Assembly (NCBI GenBank): GCA_043812955.1
Contig: JBDRLN010000076.1
Location: 4,864-68,863, forward strand
DNA length: 64,000 nucleotides
DNA from: Candidatus Omnitrophota bacterium
Lineage (GTDB): Bacteria > Omnitrophota > Gorgyraeia > Gygaellales > Profunditerraquicolaceae
Direction of reading: 5' to 3'
In this document: piece by piece, positions 40,281 through 48,884 of the stretch
How positions within the stretch are numbered: the first letter of the stretch is position 1
Layout: each line of letters starts with the position of its first letter
Program-made: the position numbers and the translations under genes
The notes under the pieces: model-generated
What the model saw: the letters and a program-made list of their open reading frames with translations, nothing else
Database searches by the model: none
What the model was told of the DNA's origin: nothing

Positions 40281-41618
40281 TTAAGCGGATAAAACTTCCT
40301 CCAGGGCCGAGGCATACTGAACAATATCATCCTTCGATTTAATCTCAGTAACCGTAACCAAAAGATAATTATCCATGCCTTTATAATATCTACCTAAAGG
40401 AAATCCGGCAATAAAACCTTTTGCAACCATCTCCTTAATCACCTGGTCCACTCTTTTAGGCAAGACTACCGTAAATTCATTAAAAGTAGGAGAGCTTCTT
40501 TTAACCTCGACTTTAGGTATTTTAGCTAAAAGTTCTTTAGCGAATTCACTCTTCTGATAATTTAGCTCGGCCAGCTCTTTTAAGCCTTCTTTGCCGATCA
40601 AAGAAAGATATATCAGGGCCCGGAGCGCGCACAAAGCCTGGTTAGAGCAGATATTGGAAGTAGCTTTTTCCCTACGGATATGCTGCTCCCTGGCTTGCAG
40701 GGTTAAAACAAAACCTCTTTTACCTTTCTTATCCACAGTCGCGCCCACGATCCTACCGGGCATCTTACGCACAAAATCTTTTTTCGCGCTCATAAAACCC
40801 AGATAAGGCCCGCCGAATGAAAGCGGCAACCCCAGGCTCTGACCTTCGCCAACAGCAATATCCACGCCCATCTCTGCCGGAGACTTCAGCATCCCCAAAG
40901 ATATAGGATAAACCGATTCAATAACCAGGCTTCCGTATGAATGGGCCTTTTCAACAATATCCGTATGATCATCAACCGCTCCGAAGAAATTCGGGTTCTG
41001 AAGTATTACTGCCGCGGTTTTATCATCTAAATGTTTATAGATCTCCTCCCGACAGCTCTGGCCGTGGACTACCTGGGTCTCTACGAATTCAATATTTAAA
41101 TTTGCGGTATAGCTATAAAGCATACTGCGGTAAATAAAATTTACCCCGCTATCCAGAACAATCTTATTCCTACCGCTAATCCTTAAAGCCATCATAGCCG
41201 CTTCAAAAATAGCTGTGCCGCCGTCATATAATGAGGCATTGGCTACATCCAAACCAGTTAGCTCACAGATCGCGGTCTGGTATTCGTAAATTGACTGCAG
41301 CCACCCTTGGGATGACTCCGGTTGATAGGGAGTATAGGCGGTATAAAATTCCGAACGACTGGCTAATTCATCTACTGCCGCCGGAATAAAATGCTGATAA
41401 AACCCTGCTCCCAGGAAATTCTTTAGGCCGGATACATTTAATGAAGCGAGCCTACGGCAATATTCAACTACCTCTAATTCAGATATACCCTCTGGTAGCT
41501 TTAAAGATTTAACCCTTAATTCCGGCGGAATATCCTTAAACAGGTCTTCGATCGAAGATACACCAATGGCCTTAAGCATCTCCTGAACATCAGCCTGAGT
41601 ATGTGGGACAAAATTCAT
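40281..41618 (-). CDS. gcvPA: Glycine dehydrogenase subunit 1
   Basis: YTAYTPYQPE, NASLYDG, REQHIRREKATSNIC. Confidence 0.95.
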   Translation of the reverse strand: MNFVPHTQADVQEMLKAIGVSSIEDLFKDIPPELRVKSLKLPEGISELEVVEYCRRLASLNVSGLKNFLGAGFYQHFIPAAVDELASRSEFYTAYTPYQPESSQGWLQSIYEYQTAICELTGLDVANASLYDGGTAIFEAAMMALRISGRNKIVLDSGVNFIYRSMLYSYTANLNIEFVETQVVHGQSCREEIYKHLDDKTAAVILQNPNFFGAVDDHTDIVEKAHSYGSLVIESVYPISLGMLKSPAEMGVDIAVGEGQSLGLPLSFGGPYLGFMSAKKDFVRKMPGRIVGATVDKKGKRGFVLTLQAREQHIRREKATSNICSNQALCALRALIYLSLIGKEGLKELAELNYQKSEFAKELLAKIPKVEVKRSSPTFNEFTVVLPKRVDQVIKEMVAKGFIAGFPLGRYYKGMDNYLLVTVTEIKSKDDIVQYASALEEVLSA

Positions 41619-42008
41619 TTATTTCAACCCCTTTAAATAATCCTTATAAGCGCTTGAGTCCATTAAATTTTTCTTCTCAGCCTCATTCTTAATCTCAACT
41701 TGCACAAACCAGGCCTCGCCATAAGGAGCTTTATTAATCAACTCCGGTTTATTAACCAGGTCAGAATTTACCTTTACCACTTTACCGGATAAAGGCGCGA
41801 ATACATCCGAAGCCGCTTTTACTGATTCCACAGTAGCAAACATTTTGCCTTGGGATAATTCAGCGCCTAGCTTAGGTAATTCCACAAAAGTAACATCGCC
41901 TAAGGCATGCTGGGCATGATCAGAAATGCCAAAGGTAGCCAGATTACCTTCGATCTTAACCCATTCATGTTCCTTAGTATAAAATAATCCTTCGCATACC
42001 TCTTCCAT
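41619..42008 (-). CDS. gcvH: Glycine cleavage H protein
   Basis: HEWV, ESVKAASD lipoyl-lysine motif. Confidence 0.95.
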   Translation of the reverse strand: MEEVCEGLFYTKEHEWVKIEGNLATFGISDHAQHALGDVTFVELPKLGAELSQGKMFATVESVKAASDVFAPLSGKVVKVNSDLVNKPELINKAPYGEAWFVQVEIKNEAEKKNLMDSSAYKDYLKGLK

Positions 42009-42034
42009 TATCTTCCTCCTTATTATACCATTAT

Positions 42035-42076
42035 TCCACCCCGTAGGTGGGCTCCACCTACGGGGTGGATACGGTT
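42035..42076. repeat. REP-like palindrome family A, copy 3
   Basis: TCCACCCCGTAGGTGG-gct-CCACCTACGGGGTGGA then TACGGTT. Confidence 0.9.
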
Positions 42077-42077
42077 A

Positions 42078-43163
42078 TTATGACCTTAGGCTGCTGTTTT
42101 TATAAAATGGCTTATCGGTGATAGTCGCCTCAATCTCAACATTATTATCCTTAAGAATTATTTTATCTCCTTTTTTTACGCTATTTTTAACATAACCCAT
42201 CCCTATGCTAACCCCCAGGCTAGGAGCAAAAGATCCGCTGGTGACAAAACCTATTTCCCGGTCCTTAGCCCAAATCTTATAATTATGCCGGGCAGACCTA
42301 CGAGAAGCAGTAACAAATGAAACTAAATTTCTAGTTAGTCCTTTTTTTCTTTGTCCCAAAAGAGCATCTTTACCGATAAAATCTTTATTAAAATCTAAAT
42401 ATCTCTCCATACCAGCTTCTAGGGGAGTAATATCTTGGTCAATATCCTGTCCGTATAAGCTATACCCCATTTCCAGGCGCAGGGTATCTCTAGCTCCTAA
42501 ACCGGCAGGCTTAACTAATTTATTCTTTAATAACAACTCCCATAGTTCTTTTATTTTAGGATTAGATAGGTATATCTCATATCCTAATTCTCCGGTATAT
42601 CCGGTGCGACTAATGATATTTTTCTCCCCTAAAATATCAAAATAGTCAAAGGTATAATATTTTAGTTTATTTATCTGCGAACCTACGATACTATTCAGTA
42701 CTTCCCGGGAAAAAGGCCCCTGCAAATCTAGTTTTCCAATTTTAGAAGAAACATTTTTTAAGTCAACATCTTTAAAAAGATGTCCTCTTAGATTACCCTC
42801 ATCGGCGGCTGTGGTAGCGGCATTAACTACTAACATCCATTCATCCGGCTTAATCTGGTAAACAATCAGGTCATCGATTATGCCGCCCTTTTCATTAAGC
42901 ATTGAGGTGTAACGGCACTTTCCGCAGGGCATATCTTTTAAATTCACCGTTAAAATCCTGTCTAACCCGCTTTTAACCGGATCTGCCTTAAGCAAAAACT
43001 CTCCCATATGGCAGATATCAAACACGCTGGTCTTATTCCGAGTCCAGATATGCTCATTCAGGATACCGCTATATTGGATCGGCATCAACCAACCGCCAAA
43101 AGCAGCCATTTGGGCTCCCAACTTTTCATGTTCGAAAAAAAGAGGAGTCTTTTTTAGGTCCAT
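42078..43163 (-). CDS. gcvT: Glycine cleavage T protein (aminomethyltransferase)
   Basis: FGGWLMP, FDICHMG, SRTGYTGE, GLGARDTLRLE. Confidence 0.95.
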   Translation of the reverse strand: MDLKKTPLFFEHEKLGAQMAAFGGWLMPIQYSGILNEHIWTRNKTSVFDICHMGEFLLKADPVKSGLDRILTVNLKDMPCGKCRYTSMLNEKGGIIDDLIVYQIKPDEWMLVVNAATTAADEGNLRGHLFKDVDLKNVSSKIGKLDLQGPFSREVLNSIVGSQINKLKYYTFDYFDILGEKNIISRTGYTGELGYEIYLSNPKIKELWELLLKNKLVKPAGLGARDTLRLEMGYSLYGQDIDQDITPLEAGMERYLDFNKDFIGKDALLGQRKKGLTRNLVSFVTASRRSARHNYKIWAKDREIGFVTSGSFAPSLGVSIGMGYVKNSVKKGDKIILKDNNVEIEATITDKPFYKNSSLRS

Positions 43164-43171
43164 ATTAAGGC

Positions 43172-43200
43172 ATTATAAGAAAAAACAAGAGATTAGTCAA
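43172..43200 (-). promoter_or_regulatory. sigma70 promoter of gcvT (near-leaderless)
   Basis: TTGACT-N17-TATAAT, 8 nt before the ATG. Confidence 0.72.
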
Positions 43201-43205
43201 ATGGT

Positions 43206-43541
43206 TTACATACCGACCATAACAGGAACAGTGATATAAATATAACGTAACTTCTGATTGCGGCTATTTCTTATATCGTGGTTGGTTTCGGGAGGAATGT
43301 AAACCAGGCTTTCTTTGCCGGCGGTAAATACAAAGGCGCCTTCCACATAAACATCCGCTTCCCCTTCTAGGACAATAATCGCCTCTTCTTTACCTTGAGT
43401 TTTATGCTCTCCCACGGATTCGCCAGGTTTCAAAGTCACGCATCCAGATTTCATTCCGGCGGTAGAAGGCGCGCCATTAAGCAGGCGCTGATATTCATCG
43501 GTTTGGGTTAATTTTATAAGGACCGGTGACTTATCATTCAT
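43206..43541 (-). CDS. Cupin domain protein
   Basis: LKPGESVGEH...EEAIIVLEG...YIPPETNH. Confidence 0.85.
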   Translation of the reverse strand: MNDKSPVLIKLTQTDEYQRLLNGAPSTAGMKSGCVTLKPGESVGEHKTQGKEEAIIVLEGEADVYVEGAFVFTAGKESLVYIPPETNHDIRNSRNQKLRYIYITVPVMVGM

Positions 43542-44293
43542 TTGGAATTCTTATTTATCAGGGCAGCGATATATCCCGCGCCAAAACCGTTATTAATATT
43601 AACTACCGATACATTCGGGGCGCAGCTATTAAGCATAGTTAATAAAGGCGCGATACCCATAAAATTAGCCCCGTAACCGACTGATGTAGGCACGGCAATT
43701 ACCGGGCAAGCAGCCATCCCTCCGATAACCGAAGGTAAAACTCCGTCCATTCCAGCCAAAACTATGATGCAACGGCTCTTAGAGATCCGTTTAAAACAAT
43801 CCAAAATCCGGTGGATTCCGGCTACACCCACATCATAAACCCTTTCAACATGGCTGCCAAACACTTGAGCAGTTACTGCCGCTTCTTCAGCAGCCGGTAT
43901 ATCTGCTGTGCCTGCGCAAACCACCGAAACTAACCCCTTACGCGTGGTGAGTTTTCCTTCTAAATAAATAGCCCTGGCCAAAGAATTGTAGGTAACTTTG
44001 GGATTTATTTTCTTAATTTGAGTATAAATCTTTTCGTCCGCCCGGGTTAATAATACAAACTTATTTCTTTTAGCCAGCGACTTAAAGATAGCTTTAATCT
44101 GCTCCTGAGTCTTGCCCGGACAGAAAACAACTTCAGGAAATCCAACCCGCATCTGGCGATGGTGGTCAACCTTGGCAAATCCTAAGTCCTCATAAGGCAA
44201 ATGCCTTAATTCTTCAAAGGCGTCATTAATTGAGATACGCTTAGCCTTTACCCGGGAAAGCAGATTAATTATCTTTTTCTTTTCCATCCCCAA
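43538..44293 (-). CDS. larB: Nickel-pincer cofactor carboxylase LarB
   Basis: DHHR...GFPEV, AGTADIP, AGMDGVLPSV, VPTSVGYG, NNGFGAG. Confidence 0.92.
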   Translation of the reverse strand: MGMEKKKIINLLSRVKAKRISINDAFEELRHLPYEDLGFAKVDHHRQMRVGFPEVVFCPGKTQEQIKAIFKSLAKRNKFVLLTRADEKIYTQIKKINPKVTYNSLARAIYLEGKLTTRKGLVSVVCAGTADIPAAEEAAVTAQVFGSHVERVYDVGVAGIHRILDCFKRISKSRCIIVLAGMDGVLPSVIGGMAACPVIAVPTSVGYGANFMGIAPLLTMLNSCAPNVSVVNINNGFGAGYIAALINKNSK

Positions 44294-45078
44294 ATCTCAT
44301 TCATTGAGCCTATCCGGTAACCTTCAAGGTCTATTGTAACATAAGTAAATCCCAAAGATTTCATTTTTTTTATAATCCGGATTCTATCTTTAAGGATAAT
44401 CGACACATCTTCATTCCCAGCCTCAATACGGCACAAATTTGAGTGATTACGCACTCTGAACTGCGTAATTCTTAGGGCGCGCAAGAATTCTTCCGCCTTC
44501 TCAACCATCAAAAGTTTCTTTCTAGTGATTCTCTCTCCATAAGCAAAGCGTGAGCCTAAACAAGCCATTGCCGGCTTATTCCAAGTATCTAAACCCATAT
44601 CTTTCGAAAGTAAGCGAATATCTTTCTTAGTCAACCCTACTTCCTGCAAAGGGCTCCTGATCCCCAGCTCCTTGAGCGCTTTTCTACCCGGACGATAATC
44701 CATTAGGTCATCGGCATTAGAGCCGTCTATAACCGCGGAAAACCCTTTACAACGGGCAATGCCGATAAGACCGGAAAAAACTTCCTTCTTACAATAATAA
44801 CAACGATCCTTAGGGTTATTCAGCAACTCCGGGACCAATCTCTGTTTAACAAATTGATGAGAAATCTTGATTTTCTTGGCCAGGCGCCGGGCTTCTTTCT
44901 TTTCAGACTCAGACAGGAACGCTGACACACAAGTCACTGCTAAAACTCTATTCTTTAATGTATCAACGGCTGTTTTGGCCAGAAAAGTGCTATCAACCCC
45001 TCCGGAAAACGCGATAACCGCTGAACCAATATCTTCAAGAATATATTGGAGTTTCTTTAATTTATTATTTATCTCCAT
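44269..45078 (-). CDS. larE: ATP-dependent sulfur transferase LarE (CxxC-C, Fe-S type)
   Basis: PP-loop SGGVDS, RCYYCK, DYRPG, ACLGSR, GYRIGSMN. Confidence 0.92.
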   Translation of the reverse strand: MEINNKLKKLQYILEDIGSAVIAFSGGVDSTFLAKTAVDTLKNRVLAVTCVSAFLSESEKKEARRLAKKIKISHQFVKQRLVPELLNNPKDRCYYCKKEVFSGLIGIARCKGFSAVIDGSNADDLMDYRPGRKALKELGIRSPLQEVGLTKKDIRLLSKDMGLDTWNKPAMACLGSRFAYGERITRKKLLMVEKAEEFLRALRITQFRVRNHSNLCRIEAGNEDVSIILKDRIRIIKKMKSLGFTYVTIDLEGYRIGSMNEIWGWKRKR

Positions 45079-45097
45079 GACTGCTTATTTTACCATT

Positions 45098-45206
45098 AAT
45101 TAGGGGACGTTTCTATTTAAAATTAGGGGACGTTTCTATTTTTCAATGTTTAGATAGACAGAAAAATAGAAACGTCCCCTAATTTGTCCCCTTATTTACG
45201 TCCCCT
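45098..45206. repeat. 25-bp perfect inverted repeat with duplicated arms (GGGGAC family)
   Basis: AAATTAGGGGACGTTTCTATTTTTC 45120-45144 / 45161-45185; extra left arm at 45098-45118; partial right arms after 45185. Confidence 0.88.
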
Positions 45207-45221
45207 AAAATATCCGCTTTT

Positions 45222-45506
45222 TTACCTTAATTTTGCATATTCGGCTAAGGTTGAATTCTTCTTGCTGACAAAAACAACCATAACCCAACAGGCAAATATA
45301 GCAGCCGTAATCGTTATGCCTAACATCAAGTCGCCGATAATATTTTTTGAAATAAAGAATATCTCGCCATTCCATAAGTGGTCAATAAGTCCGAATAATG
45401 AACCACCCAAAAACATCAAGCTAAGCCACCCTATCTTGATGTTTTTTGTCTTATGCCAAACTGCAGATGTAATTATAGCGCTTGCGGTTGGAAAAATATA
45501 ACACAT
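45222..45506 (-). CDS. Small 3-TM hypothetical membrane protein
   Basis: GAGGAGG RBS, upstream TTGACA-N17-TAATTT, starts MC, contains GGSLFGLIDHLWNGE. Confidence 0.75.
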   Translation of the reverse strand: MCYIFPTASAIITSAVWHKTKNIKIGWLSLMFLGGSLFGLIDHLWNGEIFFISKNIIGDLMLGITITAAIFACWVMVVFVSKKNSTLAEYAKLR

Positions 45507-45579
45507 CGTTGCACCCTCCTCTCGTCAAACCTTATGCATTACTAAATTAGCACGCCCCAAAATGCCTGTCAATAAAAAG

Positions 45580-46761
45580 CTAAATTCCTAAATCTGTCGG
45601 CGCCCTGCCGATAGAACGCAGCAACTGAATAATTGTCTCGATTCTTTTCTCAACATCCTCTTTTACTCCCGCACGATCAGGGTAAATATCATAAAACTGC
45701 TGGTATTTCCTGGGCGTTACATTAATCATTAAGGAATTCGCTCCGGCCATCAGCCCTAACCTTAAAGCATTTACTCTATCTAAGGTCTCAAATGAAGTAT
45801 TTACTAAGATCTGGGCTTTAGGATTTAAAATTCTCGCATTAGCAATTGTATTTAAGACTGTCTCAGTTGAAACCGTGGGAGTATTTGCCATAGGCGTATC
45901 CGGATGGGATATAAAAGGACCGAAAGAGAACATATCAGCCCCAAGGGTATTAGTCAATTCAATATTCTTTTTTACATCCTCTTCTTTTTCGCTAGGTAAG
46001 CCAATAAGAAAACCAGTCATGACTAAATACCCTATATTATGAAGTCTCCTGATCAACTCCAGCCTATCTTTAAGATCCCGGCCTGGCCTTAACTTAGCGT
46101 AAAATTGCGGATTGGCAGTTTCGAAACGTAAGAGTACGCCCCTGGCCCCTTCTTTATACAACCTTTCATATAGGCTGAAGTCTCTTTCGCCTAAGCTTAA
46201 TATGATCAAAGAAGGTGAATCTTGCCGGATCTTCTTTATCAGATAAACTAATTTCTCCTGGTCATACCAGGGATCTTCTCCGGACTGCAATACTAGGGCC
46301 TTAAACCTTAATTTATGCACGGCAAGGCTAGCCGTCTCTAATATCTCATCTAAGCCCATCCTGTATCGGGTGAGTTTTGAATTGCTTTGCCGGATCCCGC
46401 AATAAAAACAATCCATTTGGCAATAATTTGAGAATTCAATAATAGCGTGGGTGCAACAGGAATTTCCATGGTATTTCTGGCGCAGGTTATTGGCCCTCTG
46501 ATAAAGGGTCTTGGGGTCTTTTTGGATTAGCTGGCTATCGATCTCCTGAAGCTTAAAAAATAATTCCTTCCAGCTTTCTAATGCCGGCAAGGCTTCTCTT
46601 TCGCTTACTTTTTGAATAATAAAACCACCCTGGGCATAGGCATAATCGCCTATTTTTAAATCAAAGAATTCATTCCTGGCTTTTTTCTGCTCGCCGAAAT
46701 ATTCGACGCTAACTATATTCTCTTTTATACCGGTGATCTTGCCGGGGATAGCGTAGCACAT
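45580..46761 (-). CDS. hydE: HypC/HupF-like domain fused to a HydE-like radical SAM domain
   Basis: N-terminal ~68 aa MCYAIPGKI...VEYFG...GDYAYAQGGFIIQKV follow the HypC pattern; then IIEFSNYCQMDCFYCGIR, LQSGED, RFETAN, GPFISHPDTP, GANSLMINVTP...YDIYP. Confidence 0.82.
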   Translation of the reverse strand: MCYAIPGKITGIKENIVSVEYFGEQKKARNEFFDLKIGDYAYAQGGFIIQKVSEREALPALESWKELFFKLQEIDSQLIQKDPKTLYQRANNLRQKYHGNSCCTHAIIEFSNYCQMDCFYCGIRQSNSKLTRYRMGLDEILETASLAVHKLRFKALVLQSGEDPWYDQEKLVYLIKKIRQDSPSLIILSLGERDFSLYERLYKEGARGVLLRFETANPQFYAKLRPGRDLKDRLELIRRLHNIGYLVMTGFLIGLPSEKEEDVKKNIELTNTLGADMFSFGPFISHPDTPMANTPTVSTETVLNTIANARILNPKAQILVNTSFETLDRVNALRLGLMAGANSLMINVTPRKYQQFYDIYPDRAGVKEDVEKRIETIIQLLRSIGRAPTDLGI

Positions 46762-46762
46762 A

Positions 46763-48190
46763 CTAAAAATAAAGGTCTCTTTTGCCCTGTTTTATTTCGT
46801 CTAAATAGGCCCGGGTTTTCTGGCGCAAGGAACTATCTTCTATTTTATCCAGATACGTCCTGATTACCTGATAACCTTTTTCATAAATTCCATAGGCACT
46901 TTGACTCGCTTTCGCTCGCTCAGTGTCAATGGTAGACTCATTTGAAGCATTGAAAAAATCTTCCAAATATTCGGCAAAGGTCAAAATCCCGTTAGACCGG
47001 CAGAAATTATGGATCTCTCCGGGTTTGGAAATCTCCATAAATTCCTCACCAGTCCTGCCTAAGCGGTAACAAGCAGTGCAGAAACTGGGCAAAAATCTAT
47101 CCTTGATCGCGTCATTAACCACTTCCTCTAAGGCGCGCTCATCCTGAACCTTAAACTGAGACAGGCCGGACTCTTTACCATATCCGCCTACCGTGGTACA
47201 GGAACCGGCTGAGGCCTGGGAGATGCCGATTTTAAAAGCCTGAGAACGTATTTCCGGGCTCTCGCGGGTAGAGATAATCATACCGGTATAAGGGACTGCC
47301 AGCCTTAAAATAGCAATTAGTTTTAGAAAATCATTATCGCTGACTTTATAAGGGAATTTTAAATTTACTGTCGCGGCTTCTCTGATCCGGGGAACCGATA
47401 TGGTATGAGGACCGATTTTGTATTTCTGGTCTAAATACCAGGCATGGGTAATAAGGGCCAATACTTCAAAACGCCAATCATAAAGCCCGAAAAGAACACC
47501 TATTCCTAGATCATCGATACCGGCTTCAAAAGCCCTTCCATAGGCAGTGATTTGGCGCAAATAATCGGCCTTAGGCCCATGGTGGATCTTTTCATAAGTA
47601 TTCCGGTGATAGGTCTCCTGAAACAATTGATAAGTCCCAATCTTGGCTTTTTTTAATTTGCGGTAGTTTTCAACTGTAGTGGCTGCGATATTGACATTTA
47701 TCCTGCGGATACTTCCCTTATCAGTTTTCACACTATAAATCTTATCTATAATCTTGGTAACATAATCAATATTATTATTTAAGGGGTCTTCGCCAAACTC
47801 CACCAGAACCCTTTTATGTCCCATACTAATCAAAATTTTAGTTTGTTCCTCTACATCAGCCAAACTCAGACGTTTACGCTTAAAAGCCATATTCCGGCTA
47901 TGAAAATTACAATAATCGCAATCATTGATGCAGAAATCCGAAACATACAACGGGGCGAAAAATACCAACCTCTCTCCGTAAACCTCGTTCTTTACCCAGC
48001 CCGCGGTATCTAATAATTCCTGAATTAGTTTTAAATCAGATAGATTAACCAAAAAGCCAGCATCTTCAGGACTAAGCCCCTTCATCTTTCTGGCTTCTTG
48101 AAGAATAACCCGGACAGCCTCTTTAGAAGGAGTTTTAGTCTCTTCTAGTATTTTATTTATATTTTTTTCGTTGATAATATTCTCTACCAT
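46763..48190 (-). CDS. hydG: [FeFe]-hydrogenase maturase HydG
   Basis: FAPLYVSDFCINDCDYC, LFQETYH, GPHTISVPR, and C-terminal CTAC-X22-C auxiliary-cluster motif that ThiH lacks; likely start MVENI at 48190 (track start 48259 reads through a repeat). Confidence 0.92.
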   Translation of the reverse strand: MVENIINEKNINKILEETKTPSKEAVRVILQEARKMKGLSPEDAGFLVNLSDLKLIQELLDTAGWVKNEVYGERLVFFAPLYVSDFCINDCDYCNFHSRNMAFKRKRLSLADVEEQTKILISMGHKRVLVEFGEDPLNNNIDYVTKIIDKIYSVKTDKGSIRRINVNIAATTVENYRKLKKAKIGTYQLFQETYHRNTYEKIHHGPKADYLRQITAYGRAFEAGIDDLGIGVLFGLYDWRFEVLALITHAWYLDQKYKIGPHTISVPRIREAATVNLKFPYKVSDNDFLKLIAILRLAVPYTGMIISTRESPEIRSQAFKIGISQASAGSCTTVGGYGKESGLSQFKVQDERALEEVVNDAIKDRFLPSFCTACYRLGRTGEEFMEISKPGEIHNFCRSNGILTFAEYLEDFFNASNESTIDTERAKASQSAYGIYEKGYQVIRTYLDKIEDSSLRQKTRAYLDEIKQGKRDLYF

Positions 48191-48201
48191 TTTATTTTTT
48201 T

Positions 48202-48257
48202 GATTACAAAGGATAGGCATTTTATCCGCGGAATCTGTTTTTAAAATCTGTGTAATC
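48202..48257. repeat. GATTAC/ATCTGTGTAATC repeat cluster
   Basis: GATTACAAAGGAT, ATCCGCGGAATC, ATCTGTGTAATC; same family as 2018-2128. Confidence 0.55.
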
Positions 48258-48266
48258 ATTATTTAA

Positions 48267-48866
48267 TTAGGATTTATATACTGCTTCCCGACGGCAGCGG
48301 GGGCAAAGGACTTTGAGGCGGTCGGAGCGCGTAAATTCCTGTTTTTCGTCAATAGCTATTTCTTCTTTGCTGGCGGGATTTAAATTCTGGAGGTAAAATA
48401 ACAAAAGCGAGGCATTGGAAAAGCAAAGCGGGCCTAAACGTTTAGCCACCCACAATATCTGATCATACGGCGCGATTATCTCTTTGCAGCAATCGCAGAC
48501 AACCAATTCCTTTTCTATCTCCTGTTTTAAATCCTGCCTTTTTTCAGTAGTAGCCAGATCAAATTCATTAGACAACATTATTCCTTTGCCGGTCAGGCAA
48601 TTTGCCTGGCACTGGCCGCAGAATATGCATAAATCCCAATGCACAGTAAGTTTCCTCTTGCTTTCTACATCTTGCATTTCAATAGCCTTGGCCGGGCAAA
48701 CCTCAAAACAGGCCCCACAACCAACACAATCATCCTTGTGGAATTCCGACCTGCCCCTAAACCTGGGATAAGGCGTATGCCTCTGATAAGGGAACCGGTT
48801 AGTGTAAGGCCCCTTAATGATGGCTTTAATCGCCTCTTTTAATTCTCTTAATTTCGGATAACGCAT
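48267..48866 (-). CDS. NuoI/MbhN-like Fe-S subunit of the hydrogenase
   Basis: GPYTNRFP...RFRG, CVGCGACFEVCP, CIFCGQCQANC, extra CDCC and CPRC. Confidence 0.88.
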   Translation of the reverse strand: MRYPKLRELKEAIKAIIKGPYTNRFPYQRHTPYPRFRGRSEFHKDDCVGCGACFEVCPAKAIEMQDVESKRKLTVHWDLCIFCGQCQANCLTGKGIMLSNEFDLATTEKRQDLKQEIEKELVVCDCCKEIIAPYDQILWVAKRLGPLCFSNASLLLFYLQNLNPASKEEIAIDEKQEFTRSDRLKVLCPRCRREAVYKS

Positions 48867-48884
48867 CTTGTTTTCCCTTATGAA

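Noticed and set aside
45580-46761. PylB or biotin synthase
   Set aside because: No pyl or bio genes nearby; the IEFSNYC and GPF-HPDTP motifs and hydG adjacency fit HydE better, though a phylogeny is still needed
46763-48259. Calling the gene thiH, or using the 48259 start
   Set aside because: The CX2CX22C motif indicates HydG; the first 23 codons translate a repeat and an A-rich spacer
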